From IMG/VR virus record IMGVR_UViG_3300045988_093856, positions 1-64,000 of that record: a stretch of 64,000 nt of DNA, one strand, 5' to 3'. Below the pieces are notes generated by a model that searched no databases, was not told the origin of the DNA, and saw only the letters and a program-made list of their open reading frames with translations. Positions 1 to 9,151 of this stretch are shown here, one piece after another. The stretch is from a virus. The position numbers were made by a program, and so were the translations under genes. Each line of letters starts with the position of its first letter. Within the stretch, counting starts at the first letter, position 1.

Positions 1-1600
1 GTGTTCCTGTAGACCACCCCACACCATTGGATTATCATGCTGCACGTTGCGTTCCACCCCCCCCCCTCAACCTTTTCTACACGGCAGATTCCCATGCTCT
101 GTGAGGTAATTGTGGGGCAAATATTACCGCCTCCCTGTACTCTCCCACGCCTTAATTCACTTGTGGGATAGGAGAAGTCGGCAACACCGCCAATTTCGCA
201 CTCTATGTACCCCTTATGGGTTGCTTGCCGTATTCCAACCATTTCTTTATCCATTTCTATATTTCCTTATCTCCAAAACTAAATTATCTTTTTGAACCGT
301 TGTGAGAGTATTTGATATTCCATCTGTCCTAGCCTCCAGCTTCGTCATATTGCCACGTTTCTCTTGGATAGCATGATTCTCATATAGTTTTCTGATTTGT
401 TTTCCGTATTCAGTTCTCACACATCGGCATATCGCAAATTCCTTATCCATTATTAGTCCTGATTTCCAAAACGTAATTATCTTTCTGTACGGAGGTAAGT
501 GTATTGCAGATTCCCTCAGAGTTCGGTTCTAACCTTTGTTCCGTAGGACTTCCGGCAGTTCTATCGGAGGGATTTGTAGGGTTTCTTCCCCTCGAAGCTA
601 CAATTATTTTCTCAATCACTCTTTTATCTCCACATCCATCTATTGTTCTTAAAGTCCCGCAACATCCATCCTTAAAAAATCGTATTCCTTCGTCTGATCT
701 TTCTTCACAGACAATGCGGTTTATTATTTGAGTGCCAATACCCCCCCCCGCACTGGTTTGCAGAGAGGATATTGCATAAATCTTTATCCTGATTTTGCAA
801 TATTATTTCCCTTTCCTCTGGTATTGACTATGATACAAGGTACAGTACCCCCCCACTCGTAATCGCCGGAGCAACCCCTTTGGTATCATATACCCTACCC
901 TGATTTGGATTGTCTCTCGTGGAAGTGGGGAGAATATTGCCTAACCTCTTTATTCCGGTCTGCAATATCTTTCTTCCTTTCCTTGGTTTCTAATATCTTT
1001 GGTTCTCTATTCCCCCCCCGCACGTATTCAGAGTTGGTGCAAGTCCATCTACTGAATACACTCTCCCGGCTTGGGGGTTGTCCCAATTCTTTCCTGCCAC
1101 AATATTTCCTAACTGTATGCAGCTTATTTTATTTGCCATATTACATTTCCTCTACCACATATTTGTTGTGCTTATAATCGCTCGCCAACAACGTAGGGCA
1201 AATCATTTTGTAGAGTGCTTTGTTGTAGGGGTCGTATATTCCACAAGCACTTTCGGAGGGTCTTTGTAATCCGTTGCCCTTATTGCTTGGCAAATACCCC
1301 CCCCGAGAGAACTCGGACTCTGTCCTGGACTTCCTTTTCTGGGTTCAGAGAGCCGATCACAATAATCTTGTCTGCCATCCATTCTGTCCTCCACTAATAC
1401 TTTTGGCGGGTCCTTGTAATCTGTGGCTGATAGAGATATTGATATTCCATCAGGGGACATTATGCGTCCTCTTTCTCCACCGGTTCCCGTATGAGCCACT
1501 ATTATAGGCCGGCTCATTGGGAATCCGGGCTATCTAATTCGTCAGAACCGCATCCCAATGATGCCTGTCTATCGAGCCTCTGCCCCCCCCCCCGAACCGT
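1..1600 (-). other. Array of >=9 tandem C5-methyltransferase TRD-like modules downstream of the catalytic core. It is spread over all three minus-strand frames and runs off the window at position 1.
   Basis: Hand translation of the minus strand gives these repeated TRD-type peptides: TVRGGG(R)GSIDRHHWD (~1540-1600); RIMSPDGISISLSATDYKDPPKVLVE (~1390-1470); RVRVLSGGGICQAIRATDYKDPPKVLVE (~1235-1320); IYDPYNKALYKMICPTLLASDYKHNKYVVEE (~1140-1235); QAGRVYSVDGLAPTLNTCGGGNREPKILE (~988-1080); NQGRVYDTKGVAPAITSGGG (~845-905); KIYAISSLQTSAGGGIGTQII (~723-788); IRFFKDGCCGTLRTIDGCGDKRVIE (~612-686); RGRNPTNPSDRTAGSPTEQRLEPNSEGICNTLTSVQKDNYVLE (~455-600); RTEYGKQIRKLYE...LEARTDGISNTLTTVQKDNLVLE (247-450); FSYPTSELRRGRVQGGGNICPTITS (~100-176). 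No motif IX/X (GN[AS]V) was seen, so the gene probably continues left of the window. Confidence 0.6.
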
Positions 1601-2512
1601 CTTAGACACCTTATCTAACTGTCCGCTTTCCCGGAGGTCTTTGATAAGTTGCTGTGCCTTTTCAGAGTTAATGTAATACTTCTCGTCAACTTCATCCTCC
1701 AAATAATCTTTCATGGTTTTATCAAGAGGTATCGGCTGAGGAAACTTAAAGTTGTAATCTCCGAGGATTGATACCATAAAACAACGCTCCCGGTTCTGTG
1801 CCACTCCGTAATCCTTTGCGTTGAGAATTTGTGTATAACACTTATATCCCTTTCCTCTCAAAAAGTCGCACCAACTATGGAAATCATCTATGTTTTCCGG
1901 GCTTACTACTTGTGGTACATTCTCCATGAGAAGTATTTGAGGGAGGCTTTCTGTTTCATTCAGAAGCCTTTCGACTTCCCACAACAAACCGGAACGTGTA
2001 CCAGACCCTTTTTTCATTCCTTTCATCTTTCCGGCTAACGATAAGTCTTGACAAGGGAATGAGTAAGTAAGTATGTAAGTAAACTTATCTGTTTCAACAA
2101 TCCCTAAATCCGATCCTTTGGCGGCCATAATATTGACGAGGTTGTGTGTGGATTTTATATTGTTGTAGCACTCTCTGCGCCATAGTTCTCCGTAAGAATT
2201 GCTTGCGATCTGTTTCCTTGTAAGAGGATTTTTCCCATCTACGGATATTCCCAAATTTGAGAGAATGTCGATCAGCTGCTCGTCCGTCAGGCCTGCGCTA
2301 TAATCCGTATTATCGTTTTCCATGTGAATTTGCTTATAAGATGCTGTCGCGTGTGTTTCCCATTCGCAAATAAGATAATGTTCAAACGGCACTCCCAACA
2401 CTTTCAAAGCCATCGCCTGGCTTCCGACTCCGGCAAATAATTCTATTAGTCGAACCGGGGAATTTACTTTATACGTTGGGTACATCAAATCAAACATTGT
2501 AATCTGATCCAC
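1514..2512 (-). CDS. dcm: DNA (cytosine-5)-methyltransferase, catalytic N-terminal part (motifs I-VIII). The ORF stops just after an 11-nt G-run.
   Basis: Motif I LFAGVGS, motif IV SFPCQDLS, motif VI LMENVPQ and motif VIII QNRERCFMVS. A reading with one G fewer in the run at 1583-1593 gives RGGGRGSIDRHHWDAVLTN*. Confidence 0.9.
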   Translation of the reverse strand: MDQITMFDLMYPTYKVNSPVRLIELFAGVGSQAMALKVLGVPFEHYLICEWETHATASYKQIHMENDNTDYSAGLTDEQLIDILSNLGISVDGKNPLTRKQIASNSYGELWRRECYNNIKSTHNLVNIMAAKGSDLGIVETDKFTYILTYSFPCQDLSLAGKMKGMKKGSGTRSGLLWEVERLLNETESLPQILLMENVPQVVSPENIDDFHSWCDFLRGKGYKCYTQILNAKDYGVAQNRERCFMVSILGDYNFKFPQPIPLDKTMKDYLEDEVDEKYYINSEKAQQLIKDLRESGQLDKVSKTVRGGGQRLDRQASLGCGSDELDSPDSQ

Positions 2513-2527
2513 TGGTTTTCTCCTTTC

Positions 2528-3052
2528 TTAGTTATTTCTGAAAACTGCATTGTTTTGTTGCCTGATATATATTCTCCGCTCCAGTGTTTTTTCAGAAGCG
2601 TTCGCATACTCCAAATTCTTTATGCTTGTTTCCTTGCATTTCTCGCATAATTTTCCACTTTCGATATGTATTCCGCAGCGATAACATCTGCCATACATAG
2701 GTCTTTCGGAGCGATCCATTCCATCCTTGCGTCTCTCATTCTTCCTTTGGTTTTTGATTCTGCAATCAATACACATACATGAAGAATTGATACTTTGAGG
2801 CTTCCCGCAGTAAATACAAAGTCCAGACGCTTTTCGCTGTTCCCTTAATTTTTTTATGTATGTTCGGTGTTCTCTGCGAATACTCTCTGTTTGCTGTTGA
2901 GATTGCTTTTCTCTTTGTTTACGCGAGCTTTCTGCATTTTTAGCAAGACATTCTTCACATCTTACTTTTCCTGGGGCGGCTTTATTCGTTCCGCACTGCG
3001 GACATATCCCCATTTCCTTGTACCACTGATAAAGTTCCTGATGCTCTTTCAT
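2528..3052 (-). CDS. Multi-CxxC zinc-ribbon protein, function unknown
   Basis: 174-aa ORF with at least 5 CxxC pairs and a basic linker; packed between neighbouring genes. Confidence 0.6.
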   Translation of the reverse strand: MKEHQELYQWYKEMGICPQCGTNKAAPGKVRCEECLAKNAESSRKQREKQSQQQTESIRREHRTYIKKLREQRKASGLCIYCGKPQSINSSCMCIDCRIKNQRKNERRKDGMDRSERPMYGRCYRCGIHIESGKLCEKCKETSIKNLEYANASEKTLERRIYIRQQNNAVFRNN

Positions 3053-3097
3053 TGATTTTCAGAGGTTCCCGGGATTATGTGCGCACACCCTTTCCTC

Positions 3098-3748
3098 CTA
3101 CTTTCCTAAATTCTCATAAAGCTGTTGAATTTTCTCCTTCATTTCCGGCGATATTTCTGATTTGGCGTTAATTTGAGGTTTTTCCTCTTTGGTGCTCTCA
3201 ATCTTTGGAGGAGATTTTTCTGCAATCTCTACCGCGTGTTTTCTACCCATATCCGCAATCAGAAGTTTCATTTTCTCCGGCAGTTTCGCATCGTCCTTTA
3301 TCCTTTGAACCGCTGCCCTATAATTCCTGATGAAATGTGATTGCTCAACGGTTGCCACTTGGTCTGAATCCATAAGCGCCCACTCTCTAAGGTTTGCCGG
3401 AGTACCTACTGCAATCTTGCACGCCTCCGGCAACCTTTCAAATTCTTCCTCGGAGTTATAATTGGAATTTCGGATTGCCTTTTGAACAAGCGCCCATGCC
3501 TGTAACTCACTCATGCTTTCCTCCGCCGGAGCGATAATTTCCGTTGCTTTGGTACGAATATCTGCGATTGTCGGCGGAAACTTTTCTGTTGCCATGTATT
3601 TTTGAATTGCCAAATTTGCCTGTTCGTAAGAAAGGTCCTGCAGAAGTCCATACCAAACATTAAAAGCATCTGCGTCTGGGATGAATGTCGGCTGTGCATA
3701 TACAGCTTTCATTGCCTTTACTAAAATCTTAAATTCCTCTCTCTCCAT
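3098..3748 (-). CDS. Replication protein, helicase-loader-like (G39P-type N-terminus)
   Basis: N-terminal pattern AVYAQPTF..NVWYGLLQDL...FPPTIADI resembles phage helicase loader/inhibitor proteins. Its stop overlaps the upstream gene's region. Confidence 0.45.
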   Translation of the reverse strand: MEREEFKILVKAMKAVYAQPTFIPDADAFNVWYGLLQDLSYEQANLAIQKYMATEKFPPTIADIRTKATEIIAPAEESMSELQAWALVQKAIRNSNYNSEEEFERLPEACKIAVGTPANLREWALMDSDQVATVEQSHFIRNYRAAVQRIKDDAKLPEKMKLLIADMGRKHAVEIAEKSPPKIESTKEEKPQINAKSEISPEMKEKIQQLYENLGK

Positions 3749-4578
3749 TACCAGTTATCCACATCCTTTACCCTATTATCAATTCGATCCCCACTGTTCC
3801 GATAGCCGGGAGTAGATTGCAGTTTGTCCCAGATTATACCTTTCCACTGATTCGACATACATTCATCAATCAGATTACATACAGCGGTATCTCCGTAGAC
3901 GGAAACCTTATTGTTAATCTGCTTTAACAAGGATTTCATTCCCTGTTCCTTATACCCCTCTTTTCGCTCTGTCTTATATTTAATCCACTCGCGAAGTTTA
4001 TCAGCCATTACATCAGAGATAGAGTATTCAGGGAGAAGTCGTTCAAAGATAGTTTGGGTGGTTTCCCTCTTTCCCCCTTTTTTATTCTCTATATCTAACT
4101 CTTTCTCTATCTCTTTCTCTATGTTACTTTTTTGAACAACTGTGTTACATTCTGTTACATTGTCGTTACTTTCAGTATTTTCTTGGGTTTCAGAGCTTTT
4201 TGCCTTGCCTTTTTCCCTCTCTCTGTACTCCCTTACCCTCTGTGCGGACGCGGATTCTGACCCTATCATTTTCAGGGATTTGGGTAAAAATAACGTTCCG
4301 TCACTTTCTGTAATCACTAATTGCAATTTTGAAAATTGCTGTAACGCTTGTGTAACAATCTGTAACGCAAAACCGGATGCCTCTGCCAACATTTCCTCGT
4401 CATAAGGAATATCTTCTGAATAACGAAGCCTTCCCTCATGGTCGATTGATTCTGTAAGCATCCATATATAGAACATGACTAAAAGATCGCCATTGTCCTT
4501 TGCCCTGAGTATCTTAATATAGTGTTTTTCAAAGAAGTTTCGGGGCATTTTGAGCCAGAAGTATTTTTTATCAGCCAT
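3748..4578 (-). CDS. Phage replisome organizer / DnaD-domain protein
   Basis: N-terminus KYFWLKMPRNFFEKHYIKILR...MFYIWML is typical of the phage replisome organizer N-terminal domain; the middle is acidic. Confidence 0.7.
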   Translation of the reverse strand: MADKKYFWLKMPRNFFEKHYIKILRAKDNGDLLVMFYIWMLTESIDHEGRLRYSEDIPYDEEMLAEASGFALQIVTQALQQFSKLQLVITESDGTLFLPKSLKMIGSESASAQRVREYREREKGKAKSSETQENTESNDNVTECNTVVQKSNIEKEIEKELDIENKKGGKRETTQTIFERLLPEYSISDVMADKLREWIKYKTERKEGYKEQGMKSLLKQINNKVSVYGDTAVCNLIDECMSNQWKGIIWDKLQSTPGYRNSGDRIDNRVKDVDNW

Positions 4579-4981
4579 CGAACGCCCCTCTCTCTATTTC
4601 TTCAAGGTATATTTCAATCCTTGGATTTTTCGCATCTACATAAAATTCATGCGTGAAATTATCAATCTCACTCCACCCATCATTTTTAATGACTCCACAT
4701 TTCTGCAAAGCATCCTGGAAAACCTTATCAGCGAACGAGAAAATATTGCCTTTGTCGCGCTGTTTATCCGGCTCATAGAAGTGGTAATGAATAATGATGG
4801 GGTTTGTTATTTTGAGTCGAGGAAGCTGCGTTCTGATAGCATTACACGCTATGAATTGGTAGTCCCTTTTCATTTTCGCGCCCTTTTGAGGGTGTTTTGC
4901 ACACTCGTGGAGGTAATCGTTCAAGTCAGGAAATGTTCTGGTTCTTCCGTAATAATTCCCTTTGATAACAACCTTGTGCAT
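4571..4981 (-). CDS. rusA: RusA-family Holliday junction resolvase
   Basis: 136 aa, with ...RDKGNIFSFADKVFQDALQKCGVIKNDGW... matching the RusA D-x-D/N core pattern. Confidence 0.7.
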   Translation of the reverse strand: MHKVVIKGNYYGRTRTFPDLNDYLHECAKHPQKGAKMKRDYQFIACNAIRTQLPRLKITNPIIIHYHFYEPDKQRDKGNIFSFADKVFQDALQKCGVIKNDGWSEIDNFTHEFYVDAKNPRIEIYLEEIERGAFDG

Positions 4982-5175
4982 ACCTATTCCTCCTTTCCTC
5001 TTTTATGGTGGAGCCGCCACTTTGACGGCTCCAATGGGGTAGTTTAACCTTTGATTGCCATTCAACTGATTTGTGATAGGAGGCAACTGCCTGTGTATTC
5101 TGCTTTTCGTGATATGTTTTCCTTAGAGACCAATCTTCGGAGGTTTATGCGCAGAACTTATTTACAGTTACATTC

Positions 5176-5910
5176 CTACGAGATTACAAAAATGTTCTCT
5201 ACATCCGTCAGCTCGCTTTCAAGGTAAGCCTTGATGTTTGCCTTTGCCTCATTCTTCCAAGCGCCGCCATCTGCCTCAAATAAGGCACAGGTAACGCCAT
5301 AGCGATCATTGTCCTTTACTCTGAAAATGAAGCTGCTCATAGGCTGTGCAACCTCGGTAAAGGTTCTAAACGGCATCAGGTAGCAAGGACTCGGCACTTC
5401 TACTTCCTGGAGGGACGCAACGCCCTTCTTGATTGCCGCTTTCTGTCCTACACCGGTATCGCCGTATTCCGCAACAGTGCCGGCCTTAACGTTTCCGGCA
5501 AACTGGAGAATGATTGCCTTATCGTTCTGCTCCGCTTTCTCGTCAAGAAACTTCGCCTGAACATTGATAACGAATTTCTCATTTTCGATGAACTCTCCGA
5601 ACTCAAACTGCGGCAATTCTGCCTTAACCTCTGCCAGTGTTTCTCTCTTGCGATCATCGTCTAAATCTGAGATTAGACGGACTACTGTGGGAGATACAAC
5701 CTGAATGATGTACTTGTGTCCGGGCTTAAAATCAGCCACAGACTTCTTGATAAAGTCTACTAAGCTGCTGAGGGTGTTCATGGTAATTTCCTCAGCGCGG
5801 AGTTCTTTGTTAATAGGAATTAAATTCTTATCAACATACTTTCTCCCCTCAATATCCTCAATGTGAGGTTCGCTAAGGGAGAGAATCTTTTCAATCGCTG
5901 CTTTTAACAT
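5176..5910 (-). CDS. Hypothetical phage protein (244 aa)
   Basis: Long ORF in an operon with its neighbours; no motif recognised. Confidence 0.6.
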   Translation of the reverse strand: MLKAAIEKILSLSEPHIEDIEGRKYVDKNLIPINKELRAEEITMNTLSSLVDFIKKSVADFKPGHKYIIQVVSPTVVRLISDLDDDRKRETLAEVKAELPQFEFGEFIENEKFVINVQAKFLDEKAEQNDKAIILQFAGNVKAGTVAEYGDTGVGQKAAIKKGVASLQEVEVPSPCYLMPFRTFTEVAQPMSSFIFRVKDNDRYGVTCALFEADGGAWKNEAKANIKAYLESELTDVENIFVIS

Positions 5911-6165
5911 TTACATTTCCTCCAAATTGACACCTTCCATGACGGCTCTCGCTTCCAAAACAGCGATGTAGTCTGTCATGGCTTTGATCTGCATATTGTA
6001 AGTGCTTCTCGGACAGGTAGGAGTGAAATCAAGTTCTCCTTTGTCCCACTTTTCAAGCATTGCAGATAACTTCTGGTAACGAATAACAACCTGATAATAT
6101 TCCGCTCTAAAGCGTTCTTTGTAATCAGCGCTATTCATCATATCCACGGTTTCTTTTAATTCCAT
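5911..6165 (-). CDS. Hypothetical protein (84 aa)
   Basis: ORF abuts the downstream gene on the same strand. Confidence 0.55.
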   Translation of the reverse strand: MELKETVDMMNSADYKERFRAEYYQVVIRYQKLSAMLEKWDKGELDFTPTCPRSTYNMQIKAMTDYIAVLEARAVMEGVNLEEM

Positions 6166-6175
6166 ATTGCCCTCC

Positions 6176-6655
6176 TTAATTGTTTGCGGCTTCTCTCAGG
6201 CTGATAACCTTACCGCCGCCTGCCTGTGCTTCTTCCAAAACTTCTCCCGTCTCAGGATCGCACCCAAGTTCCTCAGCCGTAGGCGGTTCTTCGCTCTGCG
6301 GGTCCATAGACATTCCACAGTCGTCAAGCGTAAGCTGTCCTTTGATCGCTCCCTTGGCGTGTTCTGTGAGGGTTGTAACGCCGGTCTTAAAGTCCTTGTT
6401 GATAAACAACTGCGTTTTCAGACCCATTTCAGGAGCCAACTTAACGGAAGTCTGAACCTCAACAGTAACATCTTCCCTATCATCCTCATTCGGAGTAAGG
6501 ATAATCTTCACATCAAGAGTTCTTTTCTTCTTGGCTTCTGTGTTAAGATCGAGAATGTTGTCGGAGATTTTCGCCAAAGCGCGGTCGATTCTCTCCTGAA
6601 CGCCTCCGCTACACATGGATGCAAGTGTCATTTTTTCCTTTGCCATTGTTCTCAC
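6176..6655 (-). CDS. Hypothetical protein (about 159 aa)
   Basis: Start moved to the ATG at 6655 (MAKEKM), which is preceded by AAGGAAG. Confidence 0.55.
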   Translation of the reverse strand: MRTMAKEKMTLASMCSGGVQERIDRALAKISDNILDLNTEAKKKRTLDVKIILTPNEDDREDVTVEVQTSVKLAPEMGLKTQLFINKDFKTGVTTLTEHAKGAIKGQLTLDDCGMSMDPQSEEPPTAEELGCDPETGEVLEEAQAGGGKVISLREAANN

Positions 6656-6663
6656 TTCCTTTC

Positions 6664-6975
6664 TCAAATGTAGAATTTTTTGTATCTGTCAAAGAACTTC
6701 TTCCGTGCTTCTTCCACGGTCAGTCCATGCGATACCTCATTTTGAATGTACGCAAACTGAGCTACCATTTTACACCACTTTGCGATAGTAGGATTGAGAT
6801 GAACCGACTCCTTACTATCCATATTATGATGTTTGGGGCAGAGAGGAATTGTAAGGTTATCCTCATCTGCCAACTTTCTGCCGGATGTTCCGCTGATTGC
6901 GTGGTGCATAACCACATTGGGGTTGCCACATATCAAACAATGTTCTGTGTCTGTTGTAATAATGCTGTCAAACAT
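6664..6975 (-). CDS. HNH-like zinc-binding protein
   Basis: CLICG...HH...CPKHHN pattern (CxxC ... CxxHH). Confidence 0.5.
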   Translation of the reverse strand: MFDSIITTDTEHCLICGNPNVVMHHAISGTSGRKLADEDNLTIPLCPKHHNMDSKESVHLNPTIAKWCKMVAQFAYIQNEVSHGLTVEEARKKFFDRYKKFYI

Positions 6976-7495
6976 TGACTATATATCCTCCAACTTCAAA
7001 ACTATTTCCATGCTTTTTCTTCTGCTTGCATAAATACTGTCTCTTATGATTAAGAAATAGCGAACCCTCTTTCAGTGAAGAAAAATGTAATTCTTCGCCT
7101 GTATTTTTATCTGTTAGGACACAAGCAATGCTTTGGTATTGGTCGTTTCGTAAACCTGTCTTAATGGCGTGTTGTATGTTTTCCACGTAATTGCACCATT
7201 CGAGATTTTCAACAGAATTATTTGTTTTATCTCCATCTATATGGTTTACTTGCGGTTTCCCATCTACCTTTGGAATGAACGCCTCGGCAACAATCCTGTG
7301 TACTTTTATCGTCTTTTGCACTCCATGGGAACGGAGACCAACAACAAGGTACCCGTATCTGTCATGTTGCGGACGCATTATCATTTCCTCAAACCAGATT
7401 ACCCCATGATATTTAGCGAGGGCTTTGACCCTACCGGTATTACTAACTTCGTAACTGCCCTCATATCCGACAACAGGTCTCCATTCCTCTCTCAT
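6968..7495 (-). CDS. NUMOD4/HNH homing-type endonuclease
   Basis: N-terminal EEWRPVVGYEGSYEVSNTGRVK (NUMOD4) and VNHIDGDKTNNSVENLEW (HNH). Confidence 0.85.
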   Translation of the reverse strand: MREEWRPVVGYEGSYEVSNTGRVKALAKYHGVIWFEEMIMRPQHDRYGYLVVGLRSHGVQKTIKVHRIVAEAFIPKVDGKPQVNHIDGDKTNNSVENLEWCNYVENIQHAIKTGLRNDQYQSIACVLTDKNTGEELHFSSLKEGSLFLNHKRQYLCKQKKKHGNSFEVGGYIVNV

Positions 7496-8331
7496 TAGAT
7501 TTCCCCCATTATCTGATCCATTGATACCGGTCCATCCAATACCTCAGTATCAGCGCAGTAATCGCAGATTTCACAACGGAGGGGTTCAATATCTCCATCC
7601 TTAATCCGTTGTATTTTCTCAATGTTCTGCTGAACCTCTACCAATTTCTCGTCCATCATCATAGGAGGTACTTCTATGACTTTAATTCGCGGATGTGGTA
7701 TGTTATCCGTTTTGTCCTTGCTGATAGCGCATATATAAAACGGAAGTAAATCTCCGGTGTTCTGCCGGTAGACTTCTCTGTAAATGGCAGCCTGTAAGTC
7801 ATATCCCCACCACTCGCAGAAATTCAATCTCTGTCCGAGGTCCTTTGCATAAAAGGTTTCTGAGATGCTTTTCACAGTTTTAAGGTCTGTAAGCCGTCTG
7901 CCGTCCACACTATCAATTTTGATTTTGACCGGTACACCAGCAATTTCGCCGGTCATAATAACCTGTTTATCGCCGGCCATATACTGCATGAATATAGGAT
8001 CTCTCTCAGCGCGGTCAATCATAATGGATGCCTGTTTGTACTCGGATTTCAATTCTCCGGCTGTTTTACCTCTGGAAGAAAAGATTTCCGGGTGCTGTGC
8101 GGCAAAAGTGGGAAGTGTACCCTCAAAGTGAGCGTCCACATAGGAGCCTACCATGAGGGCTGTGGTGTTTACTTCCTCAACTTCTCCCCGGAGTTTTGCC
8201 ATTGCATAAGCCTCGCATCCGAGTTTTCCGGTTGTACCGTTAAAGTCTTTATACTGAGATGCTGATACATACTGCATATTGGCTTCTTGCGAATAGTAAT
8301 TCTCCGGGGTAAGTACAAGAAGGTTACTCAT
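7495..8331 (-). CDS. PD-(D/E)XK / Cas4-like exonuclease, partner of RecT
   Basis: It sits directly downstream of recT. It has a C-terminal Cys cluster (CEICDYC) and fits phage RecB/Cas4-family exonuclease proteins. Confidence 0.65.
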   Translation of the reverse strand: MSNLLVLTPENYYSQEANMQYVSASQYKDFNGTTGKLGCEAYAMAKLRGEVEEVNTTALMVGSYVDAHFEGTLPTFAAQHPEIFSSRGKTAGELKSEYKQASIMIDRAERDPIFMQYMAGDKQVIMTGEIAGVPVKIKIDSVDGRRLTDLKTVKSISETFYAKDLGQRLNFCEWWGYDLQAAIYREVYRQNTGDLLPFYICAISKDKTDNIPHPRIKVIEVPPMMMDEKLVEVQQNIEKIQRIKDGDIEPLRCEICDYCADTEVLDGPVSMDQIMGEI

Positions 8332-9139
8332 TTCCCTCTGTTACTTCTCTGAACTCTCCGTCAATCGCATCCTCACAATTTCCAACACCACTTTGGGAAC
8401 TCTGAGCATGAGACTGGTACACATCCTGAGCTTGGTATTTCTCTTTAGGTTTGTCGCCCTTTACATCGAACTCTGATCCGTCCTCGAACGCCTGGCACTG
8501 CTCCGCTGTATCAAAGTTGAGGTCGATCAGTTTGCATAAGCGGCGAAGAACTGTCTTTTTGCACATTTCTCCGTATGACTCTTTCCACGCCTTACTGTCC
8601 TTTGCCTTGGAAAATGTCTGCCGAGTATGTTCGATGTCCTCTTTGCTCATGGTGTCGTACATCATAGAACCATCTTTGTAGAGAACAACTGCGAACGCAC
8701 CGATTATTTCTCCGTTGTTGAACGCCTTGGGTTTGAAATTGACATACTGCTTACCGTTTTCGATGACTTCCTCGAAAATATCTCCCTCACGAACAACCTT
8801 TGCGTAAATATCCTGAATAGGATTGCTTGAATAGCGTTTACACAGCTTAATCTCGCCCTTGTAATCCGTCTGGAACTGACAGGAAGTACCATACGGAATT
8901 GCGTAACATTCTCCGTTGAAGAAATCCAGCCCAAGAAACGCGCCCTTCAAAAGTGTTCTAACGACTGTCTTTGCATCACATTTTGAGAAATCAGCCTGTC
9001 CGTCCTGCAGAATCGTCATACAGTTTTGCATAAACCTCTGCTTGTTGAACTTCTCCGGCAGTGCCGCCACCTGTTTATCAAGGCTTGCACCAAGCTCGGT
9101 ATGCACTGCCATAAGATAATCTTTGTTCTGTGTTGCCAT
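8324..9139 (-). CDS. recT: RecT-family single-strand annealing recombinase
   Basis: ECYAIPYG..QFQTDYKGEIKL and MCKKTVLRRLCK motifs. Confidence 0.85.
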   Translation of the reverse strand: MATQNKDYLMAVHTELGASLDKQVAALPEKFNKQRFMQNCMTILQDGQADFSKCDAKTVVRTLLKGAFLGLDFFNGECYAIPYGTSCQFQTDYKGEIKLCKRYSSNPIQDIYAKVVREGDIFEEVIENGKQYVNFKPKAFNNGEIIGAFAVVLYKDGSMMYDTMSKEDIEHTRQTFSKAKDSKAWKESYGEMCKKTVLRRLCKLIDLNFDTAEQCQAFEDGSEFDVKGDKPKEKYQAQDVYQSHAQSSQSGVGNCEDAIDGEFREVTEGNE

Positions 9140-9151
9140 AAAATATCCTCC

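Noticed and set aside
4550-5047. 165-aa plus-strand ORF.
   Set aside because: It is antisense to the RusA and replisome-organizer genes, and a plus-strand gene would break the leftward operon.
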